A stretch of DNA of 64,000 nucleotides, taken from positions 56,428 through 120,427 of the forward strand of contig JAUCBJ010008069.1 of NCBI GenBank assembly GCA_032718475.1, in the 5' to 3' direction. The DNA is from Nemertoderma westbladi. Taxonomy: Eukaryota; Animalia; Xenacoelomorpha. Under the pieces are notes generated by a model, which ran no database searches, had not been told where the DNA came from, and was given only the letters and a program-made list of their open reading frames with translations. Below are positions 62,036 to 64,000 of this stretch, one piece after another (position 1 is the first letter of the stretch; each line of letters begins with the position of its first letter). The translations under genes and the position numbers were made by a program.

Positions 62036-64000
62036 TTATTGTTCGACCTCGATGTTGGTTGGCCGTCTGGCATTGATGTTTATTGACTCTATCACTTGGA
62101 TGGGGTCGATGCTCGCCCCATAGTCGCATCCTGGTGCTATTGCTGCAATGGTGCACCGTCCGGTTCTCATCTCCAGGACCTCATCTTTGCTGGAGATGGT
62201 TGTTACCGCCATTCTACATGGCCTCGTTCTCAATCCTATTTCTTCGGCTACCCAATCCTCGACTAATGTGAAGGCAGCTCCACTATCAACCAGCATTAGT
62301 GTTGTTACTGATCGATTGCCTTCTCCAATCACTCGCACGGGTACTACCCCAAGTAGCACCGTTCCTCTCTTCTTCGCCCCTACTGTGCTCGTTGCCATCG
62401 TTTGGCCTTTCCTTTGACCGAACTTGACCGGCGTCTCCTTGCATTGCCTAGCTCTATGTCCACTCATCACACATCGCGAGCAGATCTTATTCCTCGCCGC
62501 ATAATCTATCTGATCTTCCCTAGGTAGCGCTTGCCAGTACCTGCAGTTCATGGTTTGATGAAGCGCATTTGTATGTAGCTGGCATTTGCTCTTTGGGTCG
62601 TAGCCCTCCTTATACAGTGCATCGCGTATCGCAGCTGCGTTTGTACCAAAGTCCCTACTATTCTTATTGTTTGGGTTCGGCCTACTGGACGTACTGGGGT
62701 TATATTTATTCGTGTTGTTATTGTTCCCCTGTCCGTTCCATGGTGTGGTCTTACCTTCGGCTACCTGTGGACTTGCAGTCCCCTGCGTCGCTGCATATGG
62801 CAGTGATTGCCTGAGCTTTGGTAATGGGTTTGACGTGTTGTATTCTGGTTTCGGTCTGTTGTAATCCGTCTTCGGTCCCTTTCCCAGGCTATCTTCGCTA
62901 TAGACTGGGTCGGTTATTAGTTCAGCTTCGTAGTTTAAGAAGCTTGACATTTCTTCTAAACGTGGTTCCGCACCCTTCCTATCTCGAGTGGAGAAAGCGA
63001 TTTTCCTCCACTTGTTGCGCAACCACATCGGTAGTGCCTGCGCTATCGTGGTGATGTTGTTGGACGCGTTGAGTTCGTATGGCGCGTCTAGCGTCTTTAA
63101 CACGATTAGCGCCTTCTCGACCTTGTTCGCGAATGTCTTAATGCTAACGGGATTATCCTGTAGGCCACCCGATGTTATGCCTCTCAGTGTCTGCCTGATG
63201 ATCTTGGCCAGGTGCCCGTATTCCCTGTCCAGTGCCCGCCACGCCGTTGTGAAGCCGCCCTCTATGCCCTGGTATTGCCTCATGATGTCGTATGCTGGGC
63301 CTCCTGTGTATACTTGTAGATACTTTAGGCACTCCGCCTGCGTTAAGTTCTTTGTTAGTATTTCGTTACTATACATACGCCAAAACTGGAGATATTCTTC
63401 CGGCCTACTCCCATCGAATTTGAATGGTTCCACGGGTGGTAATTCGATCCTTGTTTTTAATGCATCGATCAATGTGGCCATCCCCATCGCCTGCGCCTCC
63501 AATGGATTCGATGGATGTTGTATAGTTCCTCCTGTTGGGTGTGGTCCGCCCGTCCTACTTTCTGCCTTTCTCTGGCTTGGGTATATCATTGGGGGTAGCG
63601 GCCCCCTCCATATTTCTGTGTCACACGACCTATTTTCATCCAAGGGTCTCGTTGTTCTTATCCCTATCGGGGAATATTGTTGATGTTGCCATGGGGGAAT
63701 GTCACCCTGTCCCCCCCCCCCCCCCACCGGTATGTTTGGTATTGGGGTTGATGTTAATATATTGGGGCCCATGCACCTATCCGCAATAATTCCCCCCTCC
63801 CCTGGGTATATGTTATATCCTTTCGTGCTGTAGTCATACTGCTGCACTGGTACCGGTATAGGCCTATCAGCTTCTGGCCTACCTGCCGGTATGTACTCCG
63901 CGACTTCCGGGTTTAATTCCGTCGTCCGCGCTATCCTATCGCCTACATTATTCCTGTCAGCGTGGCCTATGGTATGTGCAGTAAGGCCTACAGTATGTCC
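62036..64000 (-). CDS. BEL/Pao Gag (DUF1759-like) + zinc knuckles + aspartic protease; open to window edge
   Basis: LPPVEPFKFDG..Y.QFW, LKYLQVYTGG.A, LDREYG, LPMWLRNKW; CSRCVMSGHRARQC; VLLGVVPV, LVDSGAAFTLV; frame open from 64000. Confidence 0.92.
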   Translation of the reverse strand, partial: GHTVGLTAHTIGHADRNNVGDRIARTTELNPEVAEYIPAGRPEADRPIPVPVQQYDYSTKGYNIYPGEGGIIADRCMGPNILTSTPIPNIPVGGGGGQGDIPPWQHQQYSPIGIRTTRPLDENRSCDTEIWRGPLPPMIYPSQRKAESRTGGPHPTGGTIQHPSNPLEAQAMGMATLIDALKTRIELPPVEPFKFDGSRPEEYLQFWRMYSNEILTKNLTQAECLKYLQVYTGGPAYDIMRQYQGIEGGFTTAWRALDREYGHLAKIIRQTLRGITSGGLQDNPVSIKTFANKVEKALIVLKTLDAPYELNASNNITTIAQALPMWLRNKWRKIAFSTRDRKGAEPRLEEMSSFLNYEAELITDPVYSEDSLGKGPKTDYNRPKPEYNTSNPLPKLRQSLPYAATQGTASPQVAEGKTTPWNGQGNNNNTNKYNPSTSSRPNPNNKNSRDFGTNAAAIRDALYKEGYDPKSKCQLHTNALHQTMNCRYWQALPREDQIDYAARNKICSRCVMSGHRARQCKETPVKFGQRKGQTMATSTVGAKKRGTVLLGVVPVRVIGEGNRSVTTLMLVDSGAAFTLVEDWVAEEIGLRTRPCRMAVTTISSKDEVLEMRTGRCTIAAIAPGCDYGASIDPIQVIESININARRPTNIEVEQ

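Larger units (their letters stand above)
55632..64000 (-). mobile_element. BEL/Pao LTR retrotransposon, internally deleted, with an extra 3' ORF; 5' end outside window
   Basis: Gag-protease, integrase with BEL-type C-terminus, PPT and 3' LTR in order on the minus strand; abrupt GC increase. Confidence 0.92.

Noticed and set aside
56724-63789. Numerous plus-strand ORFs overlapping the retrotransposon genes
   Set aside because: Antisense shadows of GC-rich coding sequence; no motifs.

Overview
AT-rich, repeat-dominated animal (probably marine invertebrate) genomic DNA; not prokaryotic. Left to right: (1) a 37-bp satellite (1-6418, runs off the left edge) lying inside intron 5 of (2) a minus-strand angiotensin-converting-enzyme-like (peptidase M2) gene whose first five coding exons I could splice together in frame (13024->6408); its introns hold MITEs and a foldback element with a nested MULE-like MITE; (3) an IS3EU-like TIR element with a perfect 6-bp TSD that carries a spliced, 5'-truncated HECT E3-ligase gene; (4) a ~37-kb 46-bp satellite (17986-55306) whose unit is a piece of a transposase-like reading frame that resumes on the far side of the array, interrupted by a 5'-truncated RTE LINE; (5) a minus-strand BEL/Pao LTR retrotransposon (55632->window end) with RT/RNase H deleted but with an intact extra ~854-aa ORF in the 'env' position. 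That ORF looks like a DEDDy 3'-5' exonuclease plus three CCHC zinc knuckles and is the most interesting candidate for an undescribed system. All family assignments are from motif recognition by eye; no database searches were run.
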